Below, one piece after another: positions 46,529 to 55,496 of a stretch of 64,000 bases of DNA. This DNA comes from Spirochaetia bacterium (GTDB lineage: Bacteria > Spirochaetota > Spirochaetia > SZUA-6 > Bin103), in NCBI GenBank assembly GCA_965203515.1, contig OZ241907.1, forward strand, positions 288,001-352,000, written 5' to 3'. The position numbers were made by a program, and so were the translations under genes. The notes beneath the pieces were generated by a model. That model saw only the letters and a list, made by a program, of their open reading frames with translations, did no database searches and was not told the origin of the DNA. Position 1 is the stretch's first letter. Every line of letters starts with the position of its first letter.

Positions 46529-47485
46529 ATGGACGACGATCGATGGACCGACATCTTTCCGGCGACGTGCCTGCCGCTGAACGACGACTACTCGGTCAAC
46601 GAGGGGGAGTTGCGCCGCTACGTGCGCTGGCTGGCCGGCATCGACCAGATCCGCGGACTGGTCTGCAACGGCCACACCGGCGAGATCACCTCGCTGTCGC
46701 CCGCCGAGCGCCGGCGCGTGACCCAGGTGATCGCCAGCGAGGTCGCCGGCGACGCGCTGGTGATCTCCGGCGTGTCCGCCGAGGGGACGCTGGAGGCGAT
46801 CGAGCAGGCGCAGGCGGCCCAGGCCGCCGGCGCCGACGGCATCCTGCTGATGCCGCCGCACAACTGGCTGCGCTTCGGCATGAAGCCGGAGACGCCGGTG
46901 CGGTTCTTCGAGCGCGTGGCGGAGGAGATCGACATCGGCATCGTCATCCATCTGTACCCGGCCGCCACCAAGGCGTTCTACCCGGCGGAGACCGTCATCG
47001 AGATGGCGCGCATCCCCAACGTCAAGGCGCTCAAGACCGGCACCCGCCACATGGCGCTCTACGAGCGCGACTGCCGCCTGTTCCGCCGGCGCGCCCCGCA
47101 TCTGTCGCTGCTGACCTGCCACGACGAGTCCCTGCTGTCGTCGATGTACGTCGGCGTCGACGGCGCGCTGATCGGGTTTGCCGGCTGCATCCCGGAGCTG
47201 ATCTGCGAGGCGTGGCGGGCGGTGAAGGCGGGCGACTTCGCGCGCACGCGCGAGCTGCAGGACCGCATCTTCCCGATGGCGGAGGCGATCTACGGCATCG
47301 GCCAGCCCTCGGGCGAAGCGCACGCCCGGATGAACGAGGCGCTCTACCAGCGCGGCGTGTTCTCGACGCCGCTGATGCGCGAGCCGGTGCTGCCGCTCGA
47401 CGAGGCGGAGAAGGCGGAGGTGCGCGCGGCTTTGCAGGCGGCGCGGGTGGCGCCGGTCGCCCGGGAGCAGCCGCAGCCGGCGTAG
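46529..47485 (+). CDS. DapA/N-acetylneuraminate lyase family aldolase (non-canonical)
   Basis: NGHTGE..SL...ER, A..AGADG.L..PP, Schiff-base Lys in ALKTG, G.DG.L.G; lacks canonical GTTGE and YNVP. Confidence 0.85.
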   Translation: MDDDRWTDIFPATCLPLNDDYSVNEGELRRYVRWLAGIDQIRGLVCNGHTGEITSLSPAERRRVTQVIASEVAGDALVISGVSAEGTLEAIEQAQAAQAAGADGILLMPPHNWLRFGMKPETPVRFFERVAEEIDIGIVIHLYPAATKAFYPAETVIEMARIPNVKALKTGTRHMALYERDCRLFRRRAPHLSLLTCHDESLLSSMYVGVDGALIGFAGCIPELICEAWRAVKAGDFARTRELQDRIFPMAEAIYGIGQPSGEAHARMNEALYQRGVFSTPLMREPVLPLDEAEKAEVRAALQAARVAPVAREQPQPA

Positions 47486-47494
47486 GATGGCGCC

Positions 47495-49042
47495 ATGGGC
47501 CGGCGCAGGCTCCCCATCGGCATCCAGACCTTCCGCCAGATACGGGAGGAGGGGTTCTACTACGTGGACAAGACCCCGTACGCCCGCCGGCTCGTGGACG
47601 ATTCCGGCAAGCACTTCTTCCTGTCGCGCCCCCGCCGGTTCGGCAAGAGCCTGTTCGTCGACACGCTCAAGGAGTTCTTCGAGGGCAGCGAGCCGCTGTT
47701 TCGCGGCTTGGCCGTCCACGACGGCTGGGACTGGTCGAAGCGTCACCCGGTGGTGCGGATCGACTTCAGCAACGGCAACTTCAGACGGCCGGGCATGCTG
47801 GAGGAGAGCGCGGCGGCGCAGATCGAGGACATCGGCAGGCGGGCCGGGGTCGGTTCGCGCGGCGGCAGCTCGCCGATTCGCTTCCGCCGCCTGATCGAAG
47901 CGCTGAGCGAGCGGACCGGCCGGCGGGTCGTCGTGCTGGTCGACGAGTACGACAAGCCGATCCTGGATGCGCTGGACGATCCTGAGACCGCGCGCGCCAA
48001 CCGCGACGACCTGCGCGGACTGTACGGGACGGTCAAGGCGTGCGACGCTCACGTCGAGCTCACCTTCATCACGGGCGTGAGCAAGTTCAGCAAGGTGAGC
48101 CTGTTCTCGGACTTGAACAACCTGACCGATCTCACCCTGGACCCGGCGTACTCGGCGATGTGCGGCTATACCGAGGCCGACCTCGACGCGGTGTTCGCGC
48201 CGGAGCTGCCGGGTCTGGATCGGGGCGAGATCGCGGCCTGGTACAACGGCTACCGCTGGCGGGGCGCGGAACCGGTCTACAATCCCTACGGTCTGCTCAA
48301 GCTGTTCCGCAGCCGGGAGTTCGAGGAGCACTGGTTCGAAACCGCGACGCCGCGATTCCTGGTGGAGACGCTGATCGGCCGCGGCTTCACCGCCCCGGAC
48401 CTCGAAAGCGTGCATGCCGATTCGGCCCTGTTGTCGTCGTTCGACGTCGACTACATCGCCCCGGAGGCGCTGCTGTTCCAGACCGGCTACCTGACGATCG
48501 TCGACGAGGAGCGGCGTGACGGCGCGCGGCGGTATCGGCTGGGATATCCCAACCGGGAGGTGAGGCGCGGTCTGGCCGGGAGCCTGCTGGAAGCATTGGC
48601 GCCGAACTGGCGGCGCTCCGGGGACGCCGGGGCGTTGCGCCGGCTGCTGGATGCCCGGGACTGGTCGGGGCTGGAGGCGCTGTTCCGCCGGTTGCTGGCC
48701 GGCATTCCCCATGACTGGCACCGCCGCAATGACATCGCCCGCTATGAAGGGTACTGGGCAAGCGTCTTCTACGCCTTCTTCCAGGCGTCCGTGGACGGCG
48801 TGTCGGTGGAGGACGCCTCCAGCCGCGGCCGGCTCGACCTGGCCGTGGTCTCCGGCAGGAACGCGTGCCTGTTCGAGTTCAAGGTGGCGGAGCGGTCGGG
48901 CCGGGGCGCCGCGCTGGCTCAGTTGAAGGCGCGGCGGTACGCGGACAAGCACCGCGCCCCGAATCGGGCGGTCGATCTGATCGGCGTGGAAGTCAGCGCC
49001 GAGACCCGCGACATCGCGGCGTTCGACGTGGAATCCGCCTGA
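47495..49042 (+). CDS. AAA-ATPase-like + PD-(D/E)XK (PDDEXK_9/DUF1703-type) protein
   Basis: LPIGIQTF, YYVDKT, SRPRRFGKSL, LVDEYDKP, WYNGY, YPNREV, GRLDL...FEFK. Confidence 0.92.
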   Translation: MGRRRLPIGIQTFRQIREEGFYYVDKTPYARRLVDDSGKHFFLSRPRRFGKSLFVDTLKEFFEGSEPLFRGLAVHDGWDWSKRHPVVRIDFSNGNFRRPGMLEESAAAQIEDIGRRAGVGSRGGSSPIRFRRLIEALSERTGRRVVVLVDEYDKPILDALDDPETARANRDDLRGLYGTVKACDAHVELTFITGVSKFSKVSLFSDLNNLTDLTLDPAYSAMCGYTEADLDAVFAPELPGLDRGEIAAWYNGYRWRGAEPVYNPYGLLKLFRSREFEEHWFETATPRFLVETLIGRGFTAPDLESVHADSALLSSFDVDYIAPEALLFQTGYLTIVDEERRDGARRYRLGYPNREVRRGLAGSLLEALAPNWRRSGDAGALRRLLDARDWSGLEALFRRLLAGIPHDWHRRNDIARYEGYWASVFYAFFQASVDGVSVEDASSRGRLDLAVVSGRNACLFEFKVAERSGRGAALAQLKARRYADKHRAPNRAVDLIGVEVSAETRDIAAFDVESA

Positions 49043-49072
49043 CGGGGAAGACTGAAGGCTTCAGGGAGGGAC

Positions 49073-50239
49073 GTGATGCAGCCGTTGGCGCAGGACTACG
49101 TGGTCGTGGCGGAGTCGCCCGACAAGGAGCGGCACTTCGCCGGTTCGCCGGGGATCGCCCGGCTGCCGGGCGGGGAGCTGGTCGCGTCGTACGAGTGGTT
49201 TCAGCCGAAGCCGTACACGGAGACGCTGGCCGATCAGACCGAGGTGCGCGTGAGCGCGGACGGCGGCCGGACCTGGGAGCTGCGCGGCCGGACCGACATC
49301 ATCTGGCCGAGCTGCTTCGTCCACGGCGGCGCGCTCTACATGATCGGCAACCGGCGCCGGTCGCGGGAGGTCGTCATCAGCCGATCCGACGACGGCGGCC
49401 ACACCTGGACGCCGGCGGTCGAGGTGTGCGGCCGGCGCAGCCACGGCGCGCCCACGGCCGTGACGTTCACGAACGGTCAGGTCTATCGCGCGTTCGAGAC
49501 CTGTCCGCACGTGGGCCGCTCAGGCGGCGGCCGCTCTTCCTGGGAGTCGTTCGTGATGGCCGGCGACCTGAGCCGCGATCTGCTCGATCCGGCGGCGTGG
49601 CGGGCGTCGCCGATGGAGCGGTTTCCCGGCGCGCCGCACCCGATGAACACCTTTGCCTACCCGCCGGAGACCGGCACCGAGGACTGCTGGATCGAGGGCA
49701 ACCTCATCTCGGTGCGCGGCCGGTTGCGCAATCTGCTGCGCCTGCACGTGCTGGGACGCGCCACCGTCGGTCTGGCCGCCATCTGCGACCTGCAGGACGA
49801 CGGGCGCACCATGAGCTACCGGTTCAGCCAGTACTGCCCGATGCCGGGCGGGCAGTGCAAGTTCCACGTCGTCTACGACCGGGTCTCCGACCTGTTCTGG
49901 ACCTGCGTGAATCCGGTCTCCGACACGCTCACGCCGGTGAACGACCAGCTGCGGGAGATCGGCTTTCGCGGCATCGTCGCCAACGAGCGCCGCATCCTGC
50001 TGCTGATCTACAGCGCCGACGCGCAGAACTGGTTCCAGGCCGGCTGCGTGGCGATGAGCCGCAAGATGACCGAATCGTTCAGCTACGCCTCCAACCTGAT
50101 CGACGGCGACGACCTGGTGGTCCTGTCCCGCACGTCGGTGGGGGGATCGAGCCAGCACGACACCAACCTGATCACCTGTCACCGCGTGCGCGGCTTCCGG
50201 GAGCTGGCGCTCGACCTGACCCGCGACTTCACCCGTTGA
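49073..50239 (+). CDS. BNR/Asp-box (sialidase-like) beta-propeller
   Basis: Asp-boxes SADGGRTW and SDDGGHTW, degenerate SADAQNW; SD AGGGAGG. Confidence 0.75.
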   Translation: MMQPLAQDYVVVAESPDKERHFAGSPGIARLPGGELVASYEWFQPKPYTETLADQTEVRVSADGGRTWELRGRTDIIWPSCFVHGGALYMIGNRRRSREVVISRSDDGGHTWTPAVEVCGRRSHGAPTAVTFTNGQVYRAFETCPHVGRSGGGRSSWESFVMAGDLSRDLLDPAAWRASPMERFPGAPHPMNTFAYPPETGTEDCWIEGNLISVRGRLRNLLRLHVLGRATVGLAAICDLQDDGRTMSYRFSQYCPMPGGQCKFHVVYDRVSDLFWTCVNPVSDTLTPVNDQLREIGFRGIVANERRILLLIYSADAQNWFQAGCVAMSRKMTESFSYASNLIDGDDLVVLSRTSVGGSSQHDTNLITCHRVRGFRELALDLTRDFTR

Positions 50240-50320
50240 GCGCGCCGGCGCCGCTCCGCCGTCCCGGACCGCCCCGCCATCCCGGACCGCGGCGCGGCGG
50301 CGTCCGGGGTTCCCGGTCCG

Positions 50321-50349
50321 TTGACCGATCCCGCGCGGAGTGGTAGCGT
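50321..50349 (+). promoter_or_regulatory. Sigma70-type promoter of the ABC operon
   Basis: TTGACC-17 nt-TAGCGT with TG extension; ATG 9 nt downstream. Confidence 0.6.
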
Positions 50350-50358
50350 CCGCCCCGG

Positions 50359-51330
50359 ATGGCGCTCCCGCAAGCCAACCCGGACACCGCCGTTCGGGAC
50401 GCCCGCACCGTGACGCTCAACCGCCCGTCGATCCTGCAGCGGTACTACCGCCACCGCTATCTGTTCGCCCTGCTGGCCGCCGCCCTGGTCTGGACCATCG
50501 TCTTCCGGTACGGGCCCATGTACGGGGTCATCATCGCGTTCAAGAAGTACCGGCTCTTCGACGGCATATGGGGCAGCGAGTGGGTCGGCCTCCACTACTT
50601 CATACGGCTGTTCAACGGCACTACCGACTTTGGCCGGGTGTTTCGCAACACGCTTCTCATCAGTCTGTACCGGCTGCTCTGGGGGTTCCCGGCGCCGATC
50701 ATCCTGGCGCTGCTTCTCAACGAAGTGCATCAACGCCACTTCAAGCGCACCGTGCAGACGATCAGCTACCTGCCCCATTTCCTGTCGTGGGTGGTGCTGG
50801 GCGGCGTCATCAGGACGATCCTGTCCCCGTCCACCGGGGTGATCAACTCGATCATCGCCGGCGTGGGCGGCGAATCGATCTACTTTCTGGCCGACGTCGA
50901 CTGGTTCGTGACGGTGCTGATCACGACCGGCGTGTGGCAGCAGGTGGGGTGGGGATCGATCATCTTCCTGGCGGCGATCGCCGGCGTCGACCCGCAGCTC
51001 CACGAGTCGGCGATCATCGATGGCGCCGGCAAGCTCCGCCGCGCCTGGAGCATCACGATACCGTCGATCATGCCGGTCATCATGATCCTCTTCATCCTGC
51101 GGGTGGGCGACATCCTGGAAGCCGGCTTCGATCAGATCTTCAACCTCTACAACCCGGCGGTCTACGAGGTCGCCGACATCATCGATACATACGTCTACCG
51201 GGTCGGTCTGGAGGAGTTGAACTTCAGCCTGTCCGCGGCGACCGGGCTGTTCAAGAACGTGATCGGCCTGATCCTGGTGGTGATCGTCAACCGCATCGCC
51301 AAGACGTTCGGGGAATACGGGGTCTGGTAG
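50359..51330 (+). CDS. Carbohydrate ABC transporter permease (LplB-like)
   Basis: Y.PMYG..IAFK, WVGL.YF, PAPIILALLLNE, ISYLPHFLSWVV, ESA.IDGA, IIDTYVYR.GL. Confidence 0.95.
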   Translation: MALPQANPDTAVRDARTVTLNRPSILQRYYRHRYLFALLAAALVWTIVFRYGPMYGVIIAFKKYRLFDGIWGSEWVGLHYFIRLFNGTTDFGRVFRNTLLISLYRLLWGFPAPIILALLLNEVHQRHFKRTVQTISYLPHFLSWVVLGGVIRTILSPSTGVINSIIAGVGGESIYFLADVDWFVTVLITTGVWQQVGWGSIIFLAAIAGVDPQLHESAIIDGAGKLRRAWSITIPSIMPVIMILFILRVGDILEAGFDQIFNLYNPAVYEVADIIDTYVYRVGLEELNFSLSAATGLFKNVIGLILVVIVNRIAKTFGEYGVW

Positions 51331-51337
51331 GGCCGGC

Positions 51338-52225
51338 ATGATCGTCCGCAGTACCGGCGAGCGGTTCTTCGCCGCGTTCAACGGCCTGTTCCTGATCGCG
51401 CTCTCCTTCACCATCCTGTTTCCGTTCGTCAACCTGCTGGCGGTCTCCTTCACGCACGGGTCGAGCGCGTACCTGAGCAACGTGATGTTGTGGCCGCGCC
51501 CCTTCTCGACCAAGTCGTACGAGGCGCTGTTCGCCGACAGCAACCTCTTCTGGGGCTATTTCAACACGATCCTGCGCACCGTCGGCGGCACGCTGGCGAC
51601 CTTGATCGTGCTGCTGTGCGGCGCCTACCCGCTGTCGAAGAAGTACCTGCCGCACCGCAACTTCTATACGTCGGTCTTCGTCTTCACGCTGTTCTTCAGC
51701 GGCGGCCTGATCCCGACCTACCTGCTGGTTCGCAGCCTGGGGCTGATCGATACCCGGCTGGTGTTCATCCTGATCAACATGGCGCCCGCGTTCTGGCTGC
51801 TGATCATGCGCAATTTCCTGATGACCATCCCGGAGGAGATCGAAGACTCGGCGCGGATCGACGGCGCCAATGAGATCGTCGTCCTGTTCCGGATCATCGC
51901 GCCGATGTCCCTGCCGGTTATCGCCACCATCGGCCTGTGGAGCGCGGTGGGCCACTGGAACTCCTGGTTCGACTCGCTCATCTACATCAGGGACCCGGAG
52001 AAGCACGTGTTGCAGATCTGGCTGCGCCGCATCGTCATCACGGCGACCGACGCGATCACGATCGAGGCGGAGACCGCGTATGACGAAGCGCAACTGCGGC
52101 CGGTGCGTCCGGAGACGCTCAACTCGGCGGCGATATTCGTCGCCATCGCGCCGATCCTGACGGTCTATCCGTTCATACAGAAATACTTCGTAAAGGGGGT
52201 GATCATCGGATCTCTGAAGGGGTAG
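51338..52225 (+). CDS. Carbohydrate ABC transporter permease (LplC-like)
   Basis: AYPLSK, FFSGGLIPTYL, IEDSARIDGA, HWNSWFD, YPFIQKYFVKG...GSLKG. Confidence 0.95.
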   Translation: MIVRSTGERFFAAFNGLFLIALSFTILFPFVNLLAVSFTHGSSAYLSNVMLWPRPFSTKSYEALFADSNLFWGYFNTILRTVGGTLATLIVLLCGAYPLSKKYLPHRNFYTSVFVFTLFFSGGLIPTYLLVRSLGLIDTRLVFILINMAPAFWLLIMRNFLMTIPEEIEDSARIDGANEIVVLFRIIAPMSLPVIATIGLWSAVGHWNSWFDSLIYIRDPEKHVLQIWLRRIVITATDAITIEAETAYDEAQLRPVRPETLNSAAIFVAIAPILTVYPFIQKYFVKGVIIGSLKG

Positions 52226-52329
52226 GTTACACCTCGGTGCCCTACGGACCGAATCACGACCGCGCGAACCGAGCGAGCATCGCGAACGCGCGAATCATCA
52301 AATCAAAGACAGGAAGGAAAACGAAACCT

Positions 52330-54045
52330 ATGCGCAAGACAGCAATGTGGCTGGTTACGCTGCTGATCGTCGGCTTCGCCGTCGATGCGGCTGCGCAGAC
52401 CAGGTACGAATACAGCGTCGCGGCGACCAACATGCACCGCCGCGATCCGGAGACCAACCTCACCAAGGGATGGATGGACGAGTACTTCAACATCGACACC
52501 GAGTGGGTCATCACCGAGAACCAGCTCGAGAAGCTCAACGTGCTGCTCGCCGCCGGCGACATCCCCGACGTGATGGCGTTTCGCATGTCCGCCACCCAGC
52601 TTGCGATCTATGCCGACCAGGGGGTGCTGGCGGAACTGCCGGTGTCCATGATCCGGGAGCACATGCCGGAGTACTACGCGCAGCAGCAGGAGTTCGGCGA
52701 TGCGCGCATCTGGAAGTATGGCGAGATCGACGGCAAGCACATGGGATTGCCCACCGTCCGACCCACGAACATCTACCGCCGGGGAGTCAACTGGAACGCG
52801 CAGTGGCTGATCGACGTCGGGATCGATCGGGTTCCGGAGACGCTCGACGAGTTCGAGGAAGCGTTTCTGCGGTTCCGCAACGGCGATCCGGACGGCAACG
52901 GCGCCCGGGATACCTATGCCTTTACCGCGCCCGGCGATTGGGGCAACGCCCCCGAAGGGTTCTTTCAGGAGATCTTCGGCGCGTTCGGGACCTTCGCGTT
53001 CAAGTGGGTGGAGAAGGACGACCGGCTGGCGTTCGGCTTCACCGACCCCGGCGCCAAGGAGGCGCTGGCGCTGCTGGCCGACTGGTACGCCAATGAGATC
53101 ATCGATCCGGAGTGGGTGACCGAGATCGCGCGCAAGGACGGCGCGAACGACATCGCGTGGAAGTTCGGCAACGGGAAGATCGGCTACGTTTCGACCCTCG
53201 GCGCGGACGACAGCGAATGGGACGGCGGCGGCCATCTGAACCGCAAGTGGCACAACGCGCACAACGAGCATCGGAAGTACGTCTACACCGATCCCGACTG
53301 CTGGCCGGACGACTGTCAGGGCAAGCAGCACTTCGAGATCATCGCCTTCACGGAGTTGGAGCCGGATCGATTCGCGGGCGAATACCATCCGTACGTCATG
53401 GGCGAGCCGCCGATCGGCCCGCGCGGCGACTCCGGCATGTCGGTGCCGGGGCTGGGTCCCGTCTATACGCTGTTCGGCCGTCATCTCGAGCGGGATCAGG
53501 ACAAGTACGTGCGGCTGCTCGAAATCCTCAATGAGATGGCCACCGATCGGCACGTCTACTACCAGGCGGCGCTCGGCTGCTTCGTCGATGGCGCTCCCAC
53601 CGAGTGGTGCAGCGACTGGCCGGTCTGGGAGTGGGTCCCCTTCGAAGACCCGCGCGGCGTTGGCGAGCGGTTTCAGCAGACGCAGCAGTGGCTGGACGAT
53701 CCGCGCCGCGCCGACGTCGGCAGCGGCGCCGGTGGATTCTCCACCAACCCGTTCTGGACCCTGGCGACGTGGTACAACACGTCGCGCGGCGGCGGCGGCC
53801 TGCAGCGCCAGACGCTGTACGACATGCACGCCCGCAACAACACGGTCGACGACCCGTTGAAGGTATCGCTGCCGTCGCAGGCGGAGTACGCCGACGTCAA
53901 CAAGGTGCTTCACGAGTTCTTCTACAAGGTGATCCTGGGCACCCAGAGCATCGACGACTACGACGACGTGGTCGCGCGGTGGCGGCGGAACGGCGGCGAC
54001 GTGCTGACCCGCGAAGCCAACGCGTGGTTCGACACCGTCAAGTAG
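52330..54045 (+). CDS. Extracellular solute-binding protein (LplA-like)
   Basis: Signal peptide; LLAAGDIPDV, VPETLDEF..A...F...DPDGNG..DTY, WY..E.IDPE, DDYD..V..W...GG. Confidence 0.9.
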   Translation: MRKTAMWLVTLLIVGFAVDAAAQTRYEYSVAATNMHRRDPETNLTKGWMDEYFNIDTEWVITENQLEKLNVLLAAGDIPDVMAFRMSATQLAIYADQGVLAELPVSMIREHMPEYYAQQQEFGDARIWKYGEIDGKHMGLPTVRPTNIYRRGVNWNAQWLIDVGIDRVPETLDEFEEAFLRFRNGDPDGNGARDTYAFTAPGDWGNAPEGFFQEIFGAFGTFAFKWVEKDDRLAFGFTDPGAKEALALLADWYANEIIDPEWVTEIARKDGANDIAWKFGNGKIGYVSTLGADDSEWDGGGHLNRKWHNAHNEHRKYVYTDPDCWPDDCQGKQHFEIIAFTELEPDRFAGEYHPYVMGEPPIGPRGDSGMSVPGLGPVYTLFGRHLERDQDKYVRLLEILNEMATDRHVYYQAALGCFVDGAPTEWCSDWPVWEWVPFEDPRGVGERFQQTQQWLDDPRRADVGSGAGGFSTNPFWTLATWYNTSRGGGGLQRQTLYDMHARNNTVDDPLKVSLPSQAEYADVNKVLHEFFYKVILGTQSIDDYDDVVARWRRNGGDVLTREANAWFDTVK

Positions 54046-54076
54046 CCCTGAAACGGCCTCGACGCGAGGTCGGAGC

Positions 54077-54111
54077 GAGCCGGGCCGGCTGTCGGCGGCC
54101 CGGCTCTTTTT
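54077..54111 (+). terminator. Rho-independent terminator
   Basis: gagccgggccg-8 nt loop-cggcccggctc followed by ttttt. Confidence 0.85.
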
Positions 54112-54202
54112 CGTCCGTCGGACCGAATCGGCCGGTGGCCATCGCCTTGATGGCCATCGGCCGCGATGGCCGGAACGGCGGCGACGGTGGTAGACTGCCG
54201 GC

Positions 54203-55468
54203 ATGAGCACTGACACACCGTTGCGCGTCGCGCTGATCGGCGCCGGCAACCGGGCCAGCACCGTCTACGCGCCGGTCCTTCCGCATCTGGGCGAGTGGCT
54301 CGACCTGGTCGCGGTCTGCGACCCGGTGGCCGAGCACAGCGACGCGCTGGCCGAGCGGCTGGGCGCGCGGTCGTTCCATTCGATCCGGGAGCTGGTCGAC
54401 TCGCAGGTGGCGGAGGCGGCGCTGGTGGTGACGCCGGTCCCCTCGCACCACTCGATCTCCTCGTTCCTCTCCGCCCACGGCATCCACCACGACGTGGAGA
54501 CCTCCATGGCGATGACGCTGCGGCAGGGGCGCGAGATGTCGGAGCGCGCGCAGGCCGGCAACGTCGTGCTGCGCATCGGCGAGAACTTCTTCCGGTTCGC
54601 GTTCGACCGGATCGCCAAGGCGGTCACCGCGGCCGGCGCGATCGGCGACGTCCGCCGCGTGCTCTGCATGTACGACCACACCGGCTACCACAACAACTCA
54701 CGCTGGATCGTCTTCTACGAGGCGGCGCCGCTCACGGCTCGCACGATCAGCCACACGATGCCGGTGGCGCCCTACAACTCCCTGCCGCACCGTCATCACG
54801 TCGACGAAGGCTTTCACTGCAACTTCTTCACCTTCCCGGGCGACCGCCTGGTCGTCGATCTGGCCGGCAACATCAAGGGCAACCTGGGCCGGCACCCTCG
54901 CCCCGGCTACACCGAGATCGCCGGCGCGCGCGGGACGATCGTGCAGACGCCGGCCGGGAACTGGAACGGCGTGGGCGAGGTGCGCGTCTGCAGCGACCAG
55001 GCGCTCGCCGGTGGCGGCAAGGCGGACATCGTCGCGCCGATCGTGCACGAGGAGGCCGGCGCCGTCTGGACCCGCTCCCGGGTCGAGATCGACGGCCGCG
55101 CCATCGAATATGCCAACCCGTACCCCGCGCCGACCCGCACCGGACGCGCCTTCTACGGCGCGTCGGTGGCCGGGCACGTCGTCGACTTCGTGCGCGCCGT
55201 GCAGCGCCAACGCGGTTCGCGGGAGGCGGCCGAGCACCTGGCGCGGCAGGGCTACGAATACACCGACCGCGACGCCCTGATGGCGCTGGAGATGACCCAG
55301 GCGTGCCATGAGTCGGAGCTGCGCGGCGGCGAGGAGCTGCCGTTGCCGCTCGCCGGCGACGCCGATCTCCTCTCCGAGAAGCAGCAGATCGCGGCGTTGC
55401 GCAGCCAGTTCGGGCGTGACCCGATGGACGTCGAGGGGATGCTGGCGGTGAGCTTCCCCCGCCCGTAA
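54203..55468 (+). CDS. Gfo/Idh/MocA oxidoreductase, divergent (ETS in place of EKP)
   Basis: LRVALIGAG.RA, VAVCDP, TP..SH, GENF. Confidence 0.8.
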   Translation: MSTDTPLRVALIGAGNRASTVYAPVLPHLGEWLDLVAVCDPVAEHSDALAERLGARSFHSIRELVDSQVAEAALVVTPVPSHHSISSFLSAHGIHHDVETSMAMTLRQGREMSERAQAGNVVLRIGENFFRFAFDRIAKAVTAAGAIGDVRRVLCMYDHTGYHNNSRWIVFYEAAPLTARTISHTMPVAPYNSLPHRHHVDEGFHCNFFTFPGDRLVVDLAGNIKGNLGRHPRPGYTEIAGARGTIVQTPAGNWNGVGEVRVCSDQALAGGGKADIVAPIVHEEAGAVWTRSRVEIDGRAIEYANPYPAPTRTGRAFYGASVAGHVVDFVRAVQRQRGSREAAEHLARQGYEYTDRDALMALEMTQACHESELRGGEELPLPLAGDADLLSEKQQIAALRSQFGRDPMDVEGMLAVSFPRP

Positions 55469-55496
55469 CGCCGCGGCGCAGGACGGTGACCCCGCC

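Noticed and set aside
46529..47485. Assigning dapA (lysine biosynthesis)
   Set aside because: Lacks the GTTGE and YNVP-R motifs of true dihydrodipicolinate synthase
54136..54170. Overlapping ggccatc/gatggcc inverted repeats, plus short direct repeats at 43135-43175, 50256-50290 and 63399-63420
   Set aside because: Short and of low complexity; cannot be distinguished from chance or local slippage without comparative data
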